Shown here: positions 10,479 to 22,607 of the stretch, piece after piece
How positions within the stretch are numbered: position 1 is the stretch's first letter
Layout: each line of letters begins with the position of its first letter
NCBI RefSeq assembly: GCF_030686945.1
Contig: NW_027122708.1
Span: forward strand, 5,930,248-5,994,247
From: Centruroides vittatus
Taxonomy: Eukaryota
Direction of reading: 5' to 3'
DNA length: 64,000 bases
Notes under the pieces: model-generated
Database searches by the model: none
Told to the model about the DNA's origin: nothing
Seen by the model: the letters and a program-made list of their open reading frames with translations, nothing else
Position numbers and translations under genes: made by a program

Positions 10479-10712
10479 GGTTAATGTTACCTATGGTGTC
10501 AAAATGGTGGCTCGTCTGTGATTCAAGGAAACAGAAGGAAAAAAAAAACAGTGGGGACGCCCTAACCTATTCTAATAAATTACCATAATTATTACCAACC
10601 AAATTATTAGAATAGGTTAGGTTAGGTTAGAACGTGCGTCCCCACTGTTTTCTTTCTTGTTTCCTTGAATCAGAGACGAGCCGCCATTTTGACACCATAG
10701 TTAACATTAACC
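10479..10712. mobile_element. Palindromic MITE, family A copy 2, carrying (TTAGG)3
   Basis: The termini, loop and arm motifs match the copy at 3756-4002. ataggttaggttaggttagaacg is visible. Confidence 0.75.
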
Positions 10713-11568
10713 CAATTTAAAATGATTCACAAGCAATACTATTAAACGAAACTCATAATGCCTGCTCTCAAACAAAATTATTTTGCGATATTTATAAAAA
10801 ATTAATTGAAAATTTGAAAATTAAACTTTTGTTCAATATAAAATTTGTCTTTATTTAGAGCGAAAATTAAGTGTTAAATCGAATGCAGTTAATGGAAAAG
10901 TATTCAACCTTGTACTGTACATGGTCATTGCCATCGTAGAAACGAAAAAATTTAAATGCTGTCCAGCAAATTTACATTCTGGATAGCTATATAATAAAAT
11001 AATTATAAAAACAATTCCATTTTATAATAGACCTAATACAAAATTTATATCAGTTTCACACAAAAGAAGTGTCGATTTTGCGAGATAAAATTGCTTCCTT
11101 ATATTGAAGCAATTTTATCTTACTAGGCTGATCTTTCTAATTATTTAACGTCAGGCAACGTAATGTTTTCAATGTTTCGGATAGTTATATTTAACAATAA
11201 GAATGCATTACTCTATTATGCTCAACATTAGAGTTTTAAATCACTGTTTCTGAATAATTCCACATAGGCCAATTCTTAAAGCAGACAGATTTATAGAAAC
11301 AAATGGAATAAGGTTTACAGAAAAGTGAAGTTTCTGTAAAAAAAATGATGTCATTGCAATATTTCTTTGGCATATGTAGAGATTAGATCATATGTTTTTT
11401 AAAATTTATGGCCTGTGTCACAAAAGTTTCTTTTTTTTACTTTCCCGGCTACTATAACAGAGGAAAAGTATGGCGATCGGTAAAAAAATGACCACCCAAG
11501 GTTTTTTGGATCAGGAGACTTGAAAGAAAAAAAATAGAATAGTTAAGATTTTGTGAAATTACTTAATA

Positions 11569-11906
11569 CAGTGGACCCCCGATATAACGCGCATATCGGG
11601 GGGAAACAACACCCGCGTTATACCGAGCAGTGCAGTGTAACGCGGTTCACCTCTTTACTTTAGCAATAATGTCAAGCTTTTCTTTTACTCATCATGCATA
11701 CAATAATTAAACACTATTCAAAGTACAGTACATGCAGGAGCTCAATACATACACAATTACTCAATACGCAGTAACAATAAAATGCGCTACTCACTAACGC
11801 CGCACGGACCTGTATAAACGTGTTTGAGCTTATCGCGTTGCGAATATTGTCTGCACTATAACTGAGCGCACGGTATAGTGAGCAGCGCTATAACGAAGGT
11901 CCACTG
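11569..11906. mobile_element. Tc1-like MITE of about 338 bp with terminal inverted repeat cagtggacc(ccc/ttc)g(a/t)tata(ac)cg and a flanking TA
   Basis: The left cagtggacccccgatataacgcg and right cgctataacgaaggtccactg are reverse complements. TA flanks both ends. Confidence 0.6.
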
Positions 11907-13343
11907 TATATATTTAAATAAAATTATAATTTATGCACAGTAGAAGTAGTTAAGATTGTACTACCTATATGGAATCGGTGTTGCTATTGATGATGCAACA
12001 ATAGTATAGTATACTTTACTCTGATGTAACTGATGCTGTATATAGGTGTAAGCAAGCTTTGAAACTGTAGTGGCAATACAACAGAATATGCAAGAAATTT
12101 CAATTGATTCAGACTCTACGGTTCTGTAGAACTGTTAGAGTGCATTAATGCTTGTGACAGATATATTCACTTCGTTCAATTTAGTGTAAAAAATTGTATA
12201 TTTTTGAACTTTAAAATAAAATTTTTATGATAATTGGATAATGGATTAAAGAAATTTTTGAAGTGTGTATGGATAATTTTGAAATGCATTATTTTAACAA
12301 GAAAGATTTTAGTTAAATGAAAATTATTTTGAAATTACAATTTATTAACGATTTATAATTAAAAATAAACTTATCATTCATTTCTTGTAATACAAATATA
12401 ATTTATTGACAACATATTTCTTACAATTTTTCTGAAGAAACATTACAACAACTGAATTTATGGTAGATACTTTATAAAAGTATGTAGTTATGTATATTTA
12501 AAAGTTGAAATTTATAAATTAAACACTAGTTTTCCCTATTAAAAAAGGAACATCAAAACTTATAGTAAACAAGAAACAATTTTCACAATGACTGTTGAAC
12601 ATATCAATAATAAATTTTAATGAAAACAACAATACTTATTGTTAGTTTATTTAAATACTATGAAGACAACACTATTTTCTAGTGTAAAAAAAAAAAAAGA
12701 AAGAAGACAATGAAATAGCAAATATTTATTTGCATCTTAAAATTAAGAATTTGGAAGATTCAAAAATAAATCTAAAAGTTCAAATATATTCAAAGTCACT
12801 TATCAGTTCATATATTAAAATGACAAATTTGAAAACATTTCTGGACCTTTGGTCCCTGGAAATTTTCAATTAGCAATAGGAATTACTGTATTCAAAAATT
12901 AAAAGTAGAGGATTATTGAATTTATTCTTTTACTGTTAGTAATTTTTATTCATGTAACAGAAATTACTTTCATTATTATCAACTATTTGATCTTCATTAC
13001 ATCTAATAAAAATATAGCAAATATGATATGTTATTTTTGGAAAGTATTTCAACTTGTTGAATACATGAAATTATATATTATTGAATTTAAACGATATAAC
13101 ATTTAATAATAAAGAGCCACATATATTATATATATATATATTAAAAAATTCCATAGACTGATTACAGTAGATATAAAGATATGTAATTTTGCTAATTTTA
13201 TGTACTTTTCATTCTAACAGCTAAACAATATCACTATTCAGTATAAAGAAATAAGTTATTTTGACCAATAAATGGTTATTTATAGAAACAAAAGTAACAT
13301 TAGAATTTATATTCATTTTATAATTACATTGAATATATGTATA

Positions 13344-13375
<32 letters not shown>

Positions 13376-14692
13376 AAAGATATTTTTTATTAGCTAACAT
13401 ATATAAGGCACAAATGGCAACTGCAGAAGTGCAATTGCTTTGAGTGCTATTTTTAATAATCCTTGAAAATAATTTAATATGTTTTTTTTTTTTATTTTCC
13501 CTTAAAACTTGAAAAGAAACTTGCTATTAATTAAAACTAAAATTTCAATTCAATCAAAGAAATTATAACTTAAATAATTGTTAATCAGATTACAAATTAT
13601 CTATCTCATTATATTAAAATATTAATTTGATTAATATATTTTAAACACCTGATAATCATATAAACGCATCAGATTTAATTTGTATGCTTGCATTTATAAA
13701 TAACTCAGAGAAAAGAAATATATGTATATATATATATATATTTTTAACTATTAACTGAAATTTAAAATATTACTGTTTGGCACAAGCTTTGTTTTAAATA
13801 ATGGCCTATGCACATATTATATAAATATTAGTAGTACACAGGAACAATAAACTTAATTACAATAAAACTAATGTTCTTTACTACAAATGTAGTATATAAG
13901 TGAGGACTCTTAAAATATTAATTTAAAGAAAAAAATAAATGAAAATTAATTGGAAACTTAAAGTTAAGGTATTAGTAGTTTAGCATTACATGTATTGTTA
14001 TAAAAAGTATTTTACATTGCTGTACAAATCCTATGATTAATTTTAAATGCAAGTCAATAAATTTGAAATGAATTTAATTCCAAATCAAAATTCCTAATAG
14101 TATTTAAAACTTTTAACAAGAAAGAACTTATAATATGACAAATTAAATTGCCATATTACAATTGCTTATAACATAAATCAACAAATAAATTACGTTTACA
14201 CCGTTTCCTAGAGGACGGACCAAAGAAGTTTATCTTAAGAAAATAAGCATATACAATAGCTCAATTAAAAATTTTATCTAAATTCAATTTTTTTTACAAA
14301 TAAACCTATGAGTGCTGCCTTGCCAAATGAAATATATTGCTTTGATGTTAACTTTTTTAGAATTTTTGTTTAATTTTTATAATGTTAGAATATTTAAGTA
14401 CATAGATATTTTTAAAAAATTAATTAAAATACTCTCTCTTTAGAATATAAATTACAATTTATATTCAAATTATCATCATCAACAACAACAACAAAAGAAA
14501 ACTTTCAATATCATTATTATTTTACTTTGTCTTATAAAAAAAACTTTAGCAAACTTAAATCTGAAAATACAGATTAAAAAAAATTGATTTGGTATTAATA
14601 AATAGTAATTAAAACTGACTTTATTAAATCAATTATGATGAAGAGATTTCTGTTTTGTTAAATTATTATTAAATGCCAAAAATAAATCTCTC

Positions 14693-14773
14693 TTAAATAG
14701 GTTTTGTAAAATTTGCTGGAAAAAGTCCTTTCTCTCCAGATGCTTCTTTGTAACCCATTAACCAACCTTCTTC
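14693..14773 (-). CDS. Terminal coding exon encoding the second half of an SH3 domain plus the stop codon: EEGWLMGYKEASGEKGLFPANFTKPI*
   Basis: An ttttacag acceptor lies upstream. The SH3 signature G(W/Y)..G......G.FP.N(Y/F) is present. It ends in TAA. Confidence 0.7.
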   Translation of the reverse strand, partial: EEGWLMGYKEASGEKGLFPANFTKPI

Positions 14774-14883
14774 CTGTAAAAATGAAAATTATGAATATTT
14801 TAAAATTTCATCATTCTTTGTTTATCATCATACCATAATCAATAAAATATTTTAAAATTTAAAATTTAAAATTTTAATATTTA

Positions 14884-14985
14884 CCTGCTCTTCTGGATCA
14901 TTATATTCAATAACGGCTATTATTTCTCCCGCATCAAAAGATAATTCATCGGCATCTTCTGCAGTGTATTTATAGGTTGTCCTTA
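14884..14985 (-). CDS. Coding exon encoding the SH3 domain N-terminal half: VRTTYKYTAEDADELSFDAGEIIAVIEYNDPEEQ. Phase 0 at both ends.
   Basis: A ttattag acceptor and a cag|gtaaat donor are present. The ALYDY..ELSF..GDII.V pattern of SH3 domains is conserved. It joins in frame to the exon at 14693-14773. Confidence 0.7.
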
Positions 14986-15090
14986 CCTAATAAAATGATA
15001 TAAATTAATAAAAACTTGATTGTTGCCTATTAATATCATAAATCTGCATAAATACACAATTAAATCATGCAAAATGGGTGGGCACACTTG

Positions 15091-15167
15091 TTTTATGTTA
15101 TTGTTTAGAAGAAAATAAAAATATATTTAATATATTTTTATTTTCTTCTAAACAATAACATAAAACA
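15091..15167. repeat. Perfect AT-rich palindrome of about 77 bp: ttttatgttattgtttagaagaaaataaaaatatattta | reverse complement
   Basis: Seen directly. Confidence 0.7.
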
Positions 15168-16366
15168 ATAAACAATTTATCAAAATATATTAAATATATT
15201 TTGATGAATTTATCATAGCCTCAACATTTTTAGTAAATAATTCATTTATTTAAATATCTCTGATAAATATTTATAGAAATTTTGCCAACTGACGTCATTT
15301 GTTAAACATACAGTTCATATGTAAGGAACTGAGTCCGAGAGTTATTTTTATTTTATTATTATTTTTCGTTTTATTATATTTTGTTTGGGACTTATGTTTA
15401 TTTAGGACGAAGGTTCCCCACCATTCTCTTGTTAGTAACGAAAAAAGAAGAAAAAAACAACTCAAGAAAAAATAAGCACCGTAGGAAAAATCTCGCGCAT
15501 TTGCGCTGCCCAGCAGAAGTAAACGGTCCGCAGAAAAAAAAAATGGAGGGGGTCCCCACACTCACTAGTAAGGAAATACTTACTAAACCATCTTAACATC
15601 CCAGAAAATTATGATAAATACTTTGTAAATGGTTTATAAGCTTTGTCGGAAACTTAAAGCTGCCAGAAAAGAAAATTAATGTTAGCAACTAAGTATGTAA
15701 ATAAGGGGAGTAACCCAGCTGAAGTGTGACGTCACCTCACAGTATAAAACCCGTACGTTAACCGAAGGAGGGGGAGGTGAATTCCAAATCGAGGCGATAT
15801 CCAGAGCGAGGTGAATTCGAAAGTGAGGAGATATTCTGATAGAAGTCCAGATTGATAATTGGATGATCTAAGGTGTTAAAGAGGAAATCGATTGACGATA
15901 TCGAAAGGATTGAGGAAATAGGTTCTTCGTATAGTGAGGTAACGGATAGACGTTTAATTAGTAAGAGATTTTGTTCATAGTTTCTAAGTATTTGATTTGT
16001 CGAATTTTCAAAGGGGAATTAATATTAAGTTAAGCTAAGTAGCTGAGTTTATTGTCGGGTTGACTTGTTGATTTCGTTAATAAATTTTGTTTGGATTATA
16101 GACATTTGTATGTAGTAAATTCTAGTTACTAATTAAATATATTTGAACTTTTACTTTGGCTTGATATTTATCGTTATTATTACTAATTTTTCGGTGCACG
16201 CTTAAAAGCCCAGGCCTGGCAAACTAATCTCGAATCCGCGTAAGTACCCGTTAGGTTAACGGAAGTTTTACCGACTGGAATTAGTGTCGGTTTCCTAAGA
16301 AACTAAAAATAGTACTTTACACATATACAAACATAATTTGGGACTCTATACATACGTGATATGTGG

Positions 16367-16421
16367 TGCCATTTTACAGTGACTGAAAATCAAATGGGAT
16401 TTTCAGTCACTGTAAAATGGC
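16367..16421. repeat. Hairpin palindrome tgccattttacagtgactgaaaatc-aaatggg-gattttcagtcactgtaaaatggca
   Basis: Seen directly. Arms are 24 bp. Confidence 0.7.
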
Positions 16422-17004
16422 ATCATTTCATTATAATTTTAGCAAAACAAGTATATACAAGCACAAACAACAGAAAATTTGTAACTTTTAGCCTTTTCTG
16501 TAAATCTAAAAGAAACTAATGAACAATATTTATCCATTGACCCAGGCAACTTTGTTGTATGTTGACCAAAACCCATTCCTTGTTTTCAAGACCAAGTTAG
16601 CCTAAGTGCAACCAGCACCATTTTCTGGGTGCTGATCTGAAATTGAATCATAGAGTTTGAAGCTCTTTGCACAATGTATGATAACCTTTTTTTTATAGCT
16701 TATGTCTCCTTTTTCATAGTCTGTGGGCACAACTGGTCATGTGATGTTGATTGAGGTGGTGACTTCCAGACAGCATGTGTATGACCTAGATGTTGTAACT
16801 ACCATTTGAACCTTTTTTCCCAAGAATGTTTTTGTTTTATTTGATTGCTGATGAATTTCTCTGACTAGCTAACATATTAAATTAAATTTCTGATAAATTA
16901 ATTTTAAAAATGATTATAGTCTGATTCTATGTAAAAAGTTTAATCTTTGTAACAAAATTTTAAAAATATAACAATTGTAAAGAGTGGTATGTCTGTGATA
17001 AAAC

Positions 17005-17030
17005 AAAAAAAAAAAAAAAAAAAAAAAAAA
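17005..17030 (+). repeat. Poly(A) tract of about 26 nt inside the SH3-gene intron. It may be the tail of a retroposed insert.
   Basis: Seen directly. Confidence 0.85.
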
Positions 17031-17467
17031 CAGATCAATTCTAGATGTGAAATATCACAATTAAAAAATCCTTACTAAACGCTTAGAAGTAAATGGATTA
17101 ACCATTCAGTTAAGCATTTTTGAGTTTCTGGACATCTAAAAGTTTACATTAATTCTACATAATCAATGTAATCTCCACAGAAGTATCATATAGACAGTTT
17201 ATTATAGGTCACCAATAAAACAGTGCACAAAATCTTGATTTTTAGCCAAACCTTCATAACTTGAAACGTTTTAACTCAAAGTTTGAATTTTTTTCCACAG
17301 CCAATTTGAGTTATCCAGGTCTCAATGTAATAATAATTTTTTGTATTTTTAATGGAGTCTCTCTTGTATCATTGTGTCTGAGTGTAGTAATCTTGAGTGA
17401 AATGACTTTACCTATTATATTCAAAAAATAAATAATATACAGAGCAATACTATAGATTATTACTTAC

Positions 17468-17600
17468 CCTATATAAAACACCAGATGGCAAATCTGTTGT
17501 GGTTGCATCTACAGGAATATCAAATAATTCTTCAATTTTTTTTTGCTTCTGAAACAACTGTTTCTGTTTTTGATGGTTCATTACAATTATTCCTAGTTTG
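17468..17600 (-). CDS. Candidate upstream exon of the SH3 gene: KLGIIVMNHQKQKQLFQKQKKIEELFDIPVDATTTDLPSGVLYR. It has an agg|gtaagt donor and an attttag acceptor.
   Basis: The open frame is bounded by consensus splice signals and is phase-compatible with the exon at 14884-14985. It is a low-complexity linker, so confidence is weaker. Confidence 0.4.
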
Positions 17601-17903
17601 CTAAAATAAATAATAAAAAAATTAGAGAAAAAAATGACAACTTAATTTTCTTAAAATTACAATAAATATTAGACAACATACATCATTTGTATTTATTTTG
17701 GATTTTTCATAACTAGATAATTCTGTTTTAGACTGTTCTGTAACTATATGTGAAGTTTTAATTTTTTCTTCTTTATAACCTGGTTGAATAAATTTAATTA
17801 TAAAAAAACAATTTAGTATAATAAATAATTATTCTTAAAATATAAAATTAAACATAATTGTAATTTACCGTACTTTTGTTTTACCAGAAATAATTTTATT
17901 CAT

Positions 17904-17904
<1 letters not shown>

Positions 17905-17929
<25 letters not shown>
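17905..17929. repeat. (TA)n microsatellite
   Basis: Seen directly. Confidence 0.8.
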
Positions 17930-17937
<8 letters not shown>

Positions 17938-18495
17938 TGTATAATGTAAATATATAAATAAGTTCAATGGAATAATTATACTTGTGTTTAATGATGCTAA
18001 AGCAACAAATGCAAAACTGTATAAAAATTTCTTTAACAGGTTTAAATGAAATTTACAGGTAATTAATCATAATAATGCATGAAAGAAGGAAGAGTTCTGT
18101 TGAATATTTAACAAGTTATGTAAATTATGCAATTAATATTGTGATGAAACATCAGACACCTTATATCACTGAAAAATGTTTATTAAACAAAACACTAATG
18201 TTTTCAACCTAATAGAATAGGCCATTTTCAAGTGTAACTACTGAATTCAAATGTATTTTAAAAATTTAACATTCTAACAACAGAACGTCCAAATATTTTT
18301 ACATTTAAATTTAAGACAAAAATATCAGATACATTAACAAATAAATAATAAAATAAACTATATTAAATAAACTAAAACAACTATGATATAAATAATATAA
18401 TAAAATAGATAAAATAAAATAAAATACATAAAATTCATCTAAATGTAAGAGCAGGTGCAGACTAAGAGTTTTTATATTTTAACTTTTCTTCTATG

Positions 18496-19951
18496 TATGA
18501 GGCGTGTCCGGGAAGTAAGTACCGTTTTGGAAAAACTCGCATAAAAAATCTTTTTTCAAAACAAAATTTATTTTTACATGAAAGAGCATGTCGGAAACTA
18601 TCTTTCTACACAGTTACCACCATTGTTCAGACATTTGTCATATCGGGAAACCAATTTGTCTATACCCTCTTCAAAGAAAGATGCCACCAGTGAAGACAGC
18701 CACTGCTGAACATTGGTTGTTGCGTCGTCATCGCTGGCAAAGCGCCTCCCTCCAAAATCACGCTTCAAGTTCAAGAACAAATGGTAGTCTGCAGGTGTGA
18801 GGTCGGGGCTGTATGGCGGGTGATCAAACTGCTCCCAACCGAATTGTTGAATCATGTTTTGGGTGACACCAGCAGTATGGGGACGTGCGTTGTCATGAAG
18901 CAACACAATGCCTTTACTGGGACTTCCACGCCTTTTGTTTTGAATTGCATGGCGAGGTTTTCGCAATGTTTCACAGTATCGTTCTGCATTGATGGTTTCA
19001 CCTCTGGGAAGGAACTCAACAAGCAGAATGCCCTGTCTGTCCCAGAATACAGTATGGGAAATGTATGGATTAGTAGAAAATGTAGATGGATGAAATGGAT
19101 TAGTGGGAAATGTAGGTTTAGTAGCCGGTAAGTCATAAGACAGGTACGACATAATTAGGACGATGGGGGACGGCTGTCCCAGAATACAGTGCACATGATT
19201 TTTCGTGCTGACAATGTTGTTTTGAATTTGTGTTTTGTGGGGAACCATGAGTGCCTCCACTCCATTGACTGTTGTTTTGATTCTGGAGTGACATGACAAA
19301 CCCAAGTTTCATCACCGGTAACAATTTTGTTTAGGAAATCATTACCCTCTTCACTGTATCGGATAAGAAATGCCAAAGCACTTCCAAGTCGCTTCGTTCT
19401 GTGGACATCCGTAAGCATTTTGGAGACTCAATGGGAACACAATTTACGATAATTTAAGTGATTTGTGACAATCTCATGCAAAACAGTTTTTGAAATTTGT
19501 GGAAACTCATCACAAAGCAATCTTATTGTGAACCGTCTGTTTTCACGAATTTTCTCATTCACTTTTGCAACCAAACCATCATTGACAACAGAAGGCCGCC
19601 CACTCCATGCTTCGTCATGAACATTGTCCATCATTGAATTGTCAAACCCACTTTCTCACCATTCCATCACTCATTACATTTTCACCATAAATCTCTACAA
19701 GTTGACGATGAATTTCAACTGGCTTAACATTCTTTGCATTCAAAAACCATATTACAGAACGCACTTCACAGTCGACGGGATCGGCAATCGTCTTAAATAT
19801 TTTGAACGCTCACTAACATGTGAAAAAACAACACAATCTTTCATGGCGTCACTGGACTGACAATCAACCAGAAACACATATGCGCAGGCGCTGAACTGCG
19901 ATACTACTGCTGCGGTGGCAGTAGAACAAAACGATACTTACTTTCTGGACA
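18496..19951 (-). mobile_element. Mariner-like element of about 1.46 kb with 26-bp terminal inverted repeats tatgaggc(g/a)tgtcc(g/a)g(g/a)aagtaagta
   Basis: The terminal inverted repeats at 18496-18521 and 19926-19951 are reverse complements. The internal transposase ORFs carry mariner signatures. Confidence 0.8.
18598..19634 (-). pseudogene. Mariner transposase, frameshifted across three ORFs. N-terminal helix-turn-helix SGRPSVVNDGLVAKVNEKIRENRRFTIRLL; DD34D catalytic-domain motifs HDNARPHTA and HPPYSPDLTPADYHLF.
   Basis: Six-frame ORFs 19428-19634, 19155-19418 and 18598-19305. Signature mariner motifs are present. Several frameshifts make it non-functional. Confidence 0.8.
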
Positions 19952-21204
19952 TGCCTCATAGAATTTCCATGCAGAAGCTAGTTATTTATATCGTCGTTGT
20001 TTTAGTTTATTTAATATATTTTATTTTATTATTTATTTGTTAATTTACCTAATATTTTCGTTTTAAATTTAAATGTAAAAATATTCGGATGTTCCATCGT
20101 TAGAATGTTAAATTTTTAAATACGTTCGAATTCGGTTACACCTGAAGATGGCCTATTTTATTAGGTTGAAAACATTAGTGTTTTGTTTAATAAACATTTC
20201 TCAGTGATAGAAGGTGTTTGATGTTTCATTAAGTGTTTAAAAAGGCTGAGTTTGATATTTGGTTAGTAATTAATATCCAAAACTGATATGCAAAAATTTA
20301 ATAATAAAGCACCTTCATTAGGGCATATAAGAGCTTCAAACAATAATGCAAACATAACAACTCAGCATGCTACAAATAAGGTCATCAATGAGCTTTTGTA
20401 GCATTAATTACCATTCCTGCAAAACAATATATCCAAGCTTTTGGGGTTGCATTAAGATGCACTAAGACTAGCAAAACCTCTTTCTTAAATTTCCAAAAGA
20501 ATTCAATGAGATTTAATCAGATAATCTTATTGGTCAATCAAGCTGCTATCAATTCATGCTAGTTTGATTTATACCAATTGACAATAATGCCAGTTTTAAA
20601 TTCTCCCTAAAAAAAAATCTCAAAATAAATTTTTCCACAATGTGTAAAAATGTTTTGAAAATGCATTTAGCATTTTCAAAACCATTTTCCTGATGGTAGT
20701 GCTTCATTTTAATACTATTAATAATGAGTCTGTGCAGTCTTAGTAACCTGAAGTGTTAGGGAAAAGTCGCCTAAGTCGTATCAGTGCTTAAATCGTACCT
20801 CAATGATTTCAACAGTACTTTATTCACCATACAAATGGCAACAGTATATAATTATATGGCTCGGCTATGTACTTATGCACATAGACAATGCACATCTCCA
20901 TTTCAAAGAATTAAGACTGTTTTTGGTAAACAAATTCATTTATAGTTGTTTGAGTGTAATTTTCATCTGGTGTGTGGAAGCTCCTAAGGTAAGAAAACAC
21001 TAGTTAAATACATTTTGCTTTTTTAGTACAAGTTATATATCTATTAGTGATTTGTTTGCCTCTTGCAGTTTTGTGAAAGATTTTTTCAAAATAGTTTTGG
21101 GGCTTTATGAACTGACATGCACGCTGTGTCTTATGTTGTACCCCCTTAGAATCTACAGACACTATCGCCAAGCAGCAATTTTGGCATTATATGTTGCAAC
21201 CCAC

Positions 21205-21205
<1 letters not shown>

Positions 21206-21242
<37 letters not shown>
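21206..21242. repeat. (GT)n microsatellite of about 18 units
   Basis: Seen directly. Confidence 0.9.
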
Positions 21243-21244
<2 letters not shown>

Positions 21245-22607
21245 AGTTTTGTGTGTGCGTTCATTTTTGAATGATTGAAATGTATCTCTATTTATTCTAT
21301 AATAAAATAGAGTTGTTTTTTTGCCAATTATGTTTATGCCATCTCCAGAAATGCAACACTAGCATAAAATGTAGGCAACCTGTAAATAGAAATTATTACA
21401 CTTTTAAGGTATTGGTCATCAAACAAGATGTCTGGAGTGCAGTGTAATCATCTATTAACATGACATTTTCCATGGTAAGATTTCATTTTTATAACAGCTT
21501 ACCAGAATACAAAAAAAAGAATGCTCCTCTTTAATAAAAGTTCTTGAGTACATTTATGAAATGACAGTTCAAATACAGTTTGATTTAGTCTAGCTCTCTG
21601 AATTATTAACTTAAAAGTCCTCTTTATTCTCACAATGATGATTCAAAAGGATAATTATCCTTTATTCAAAACAATATTACCAAGCACTAACTTATCTTCA
21701 GTTGACAATTTTTAATTACAATTCATTCAAAAAAATGAAAAACTAGTACACTAGAAACTACTTAGGAAAAAATTTTTAATGTACCAGTGGAAGGCTTTAA
21801 ATAATAAAATCCATTAATTAGAAGGATTATTCTACAAAATAAATTCCAATATATTAATGAAATTTGTTTCTCCTTCAAATCTTGCATGCTGTATTTGCTT
21901 TTTGAGGTAGTGAGTCTATTATCAATCTCATTTCTTCAGTCTAAAAGTTCACCATTTGAATAACAGAAAGTAACCATAGAAGTGAGTTGTTTTTATGCTA
22001 AAATCAATTTGCATGAAGACTATGCTTTATGCAAATTTAATTTGCAGATTTGAACTTGGTTTAGGTTATTATGTAAAAATATCTTACTTTTGCTTGTCTG
22101 TTTCACCTATCTAAATAAATACGCTAGTTTTTGCATTTATTGTTTAACTTTTGAGCAACAATGTAAACTAAGGTGACCAGACGTCCTGCAGCGTTTTAAA
22201 AAAGTCCAGAGTTTTGGAAAAATTAAATTTTTGTCAATTATGTGTCACAAACTTATGTCTTATGTTTAAGATTCGTAAAGATCATTTTATATGACATTTA
22301 TCAGTACCAAGGTGTGCGTGAGCATCAGAAATAAAGAATTCTGCACTGACAAAACTCTTTGTGTTCGTGGCAAAGACAAATAGAAAATGGTTTGGGGCAC
22401 GCAGCTGCAGTAACAGAGCAGCACGTGTTCACAGACTGTCCAAATGAGCAAACATTTTGTTTGTTGCATGTCACATGGTGCAGAGAAGCTGCCTTAGAAT
22501 GCTAGCAACTAAGACTAGGGGTTCATTTTAGTTATGACAGTATTATATAATAAATAAATTACAATAATAAAGTGACATTCAAGGCAAATTCAGAGGAAAA
22601 GTTGTAC

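Larger units (their letters stand above)
18144..20229. mobile_element. Composite element in which inverted repeats of about 250 bp (18144-18395 and 19983-20229) enclose a mariner-like element
   Basis: The left gaaacatcagacaccttatatcactgaaaaatgtttattaaacaaaacactaatgttttcaacctaatagaatagg... is the reverse complement of the right arm over about 250 bp. Confidence 0.6.

Noticed and set aside
15728-15750. tgacgtca (CRE) followed 9 nt later by tataaaa, a promoter-like pair
   Set aside because: No downstream ORF or exon could be tied to it, and such pairs occur by chance in AT-rich DNA. It is mentioned only inside the SH3-gene finding.
18781-19136. Plus-strand ORFs of 116 and 94 aa inside the mariner
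   Set aside because: They are antisense to the recognisable mariner transposase frames and have no motifs.
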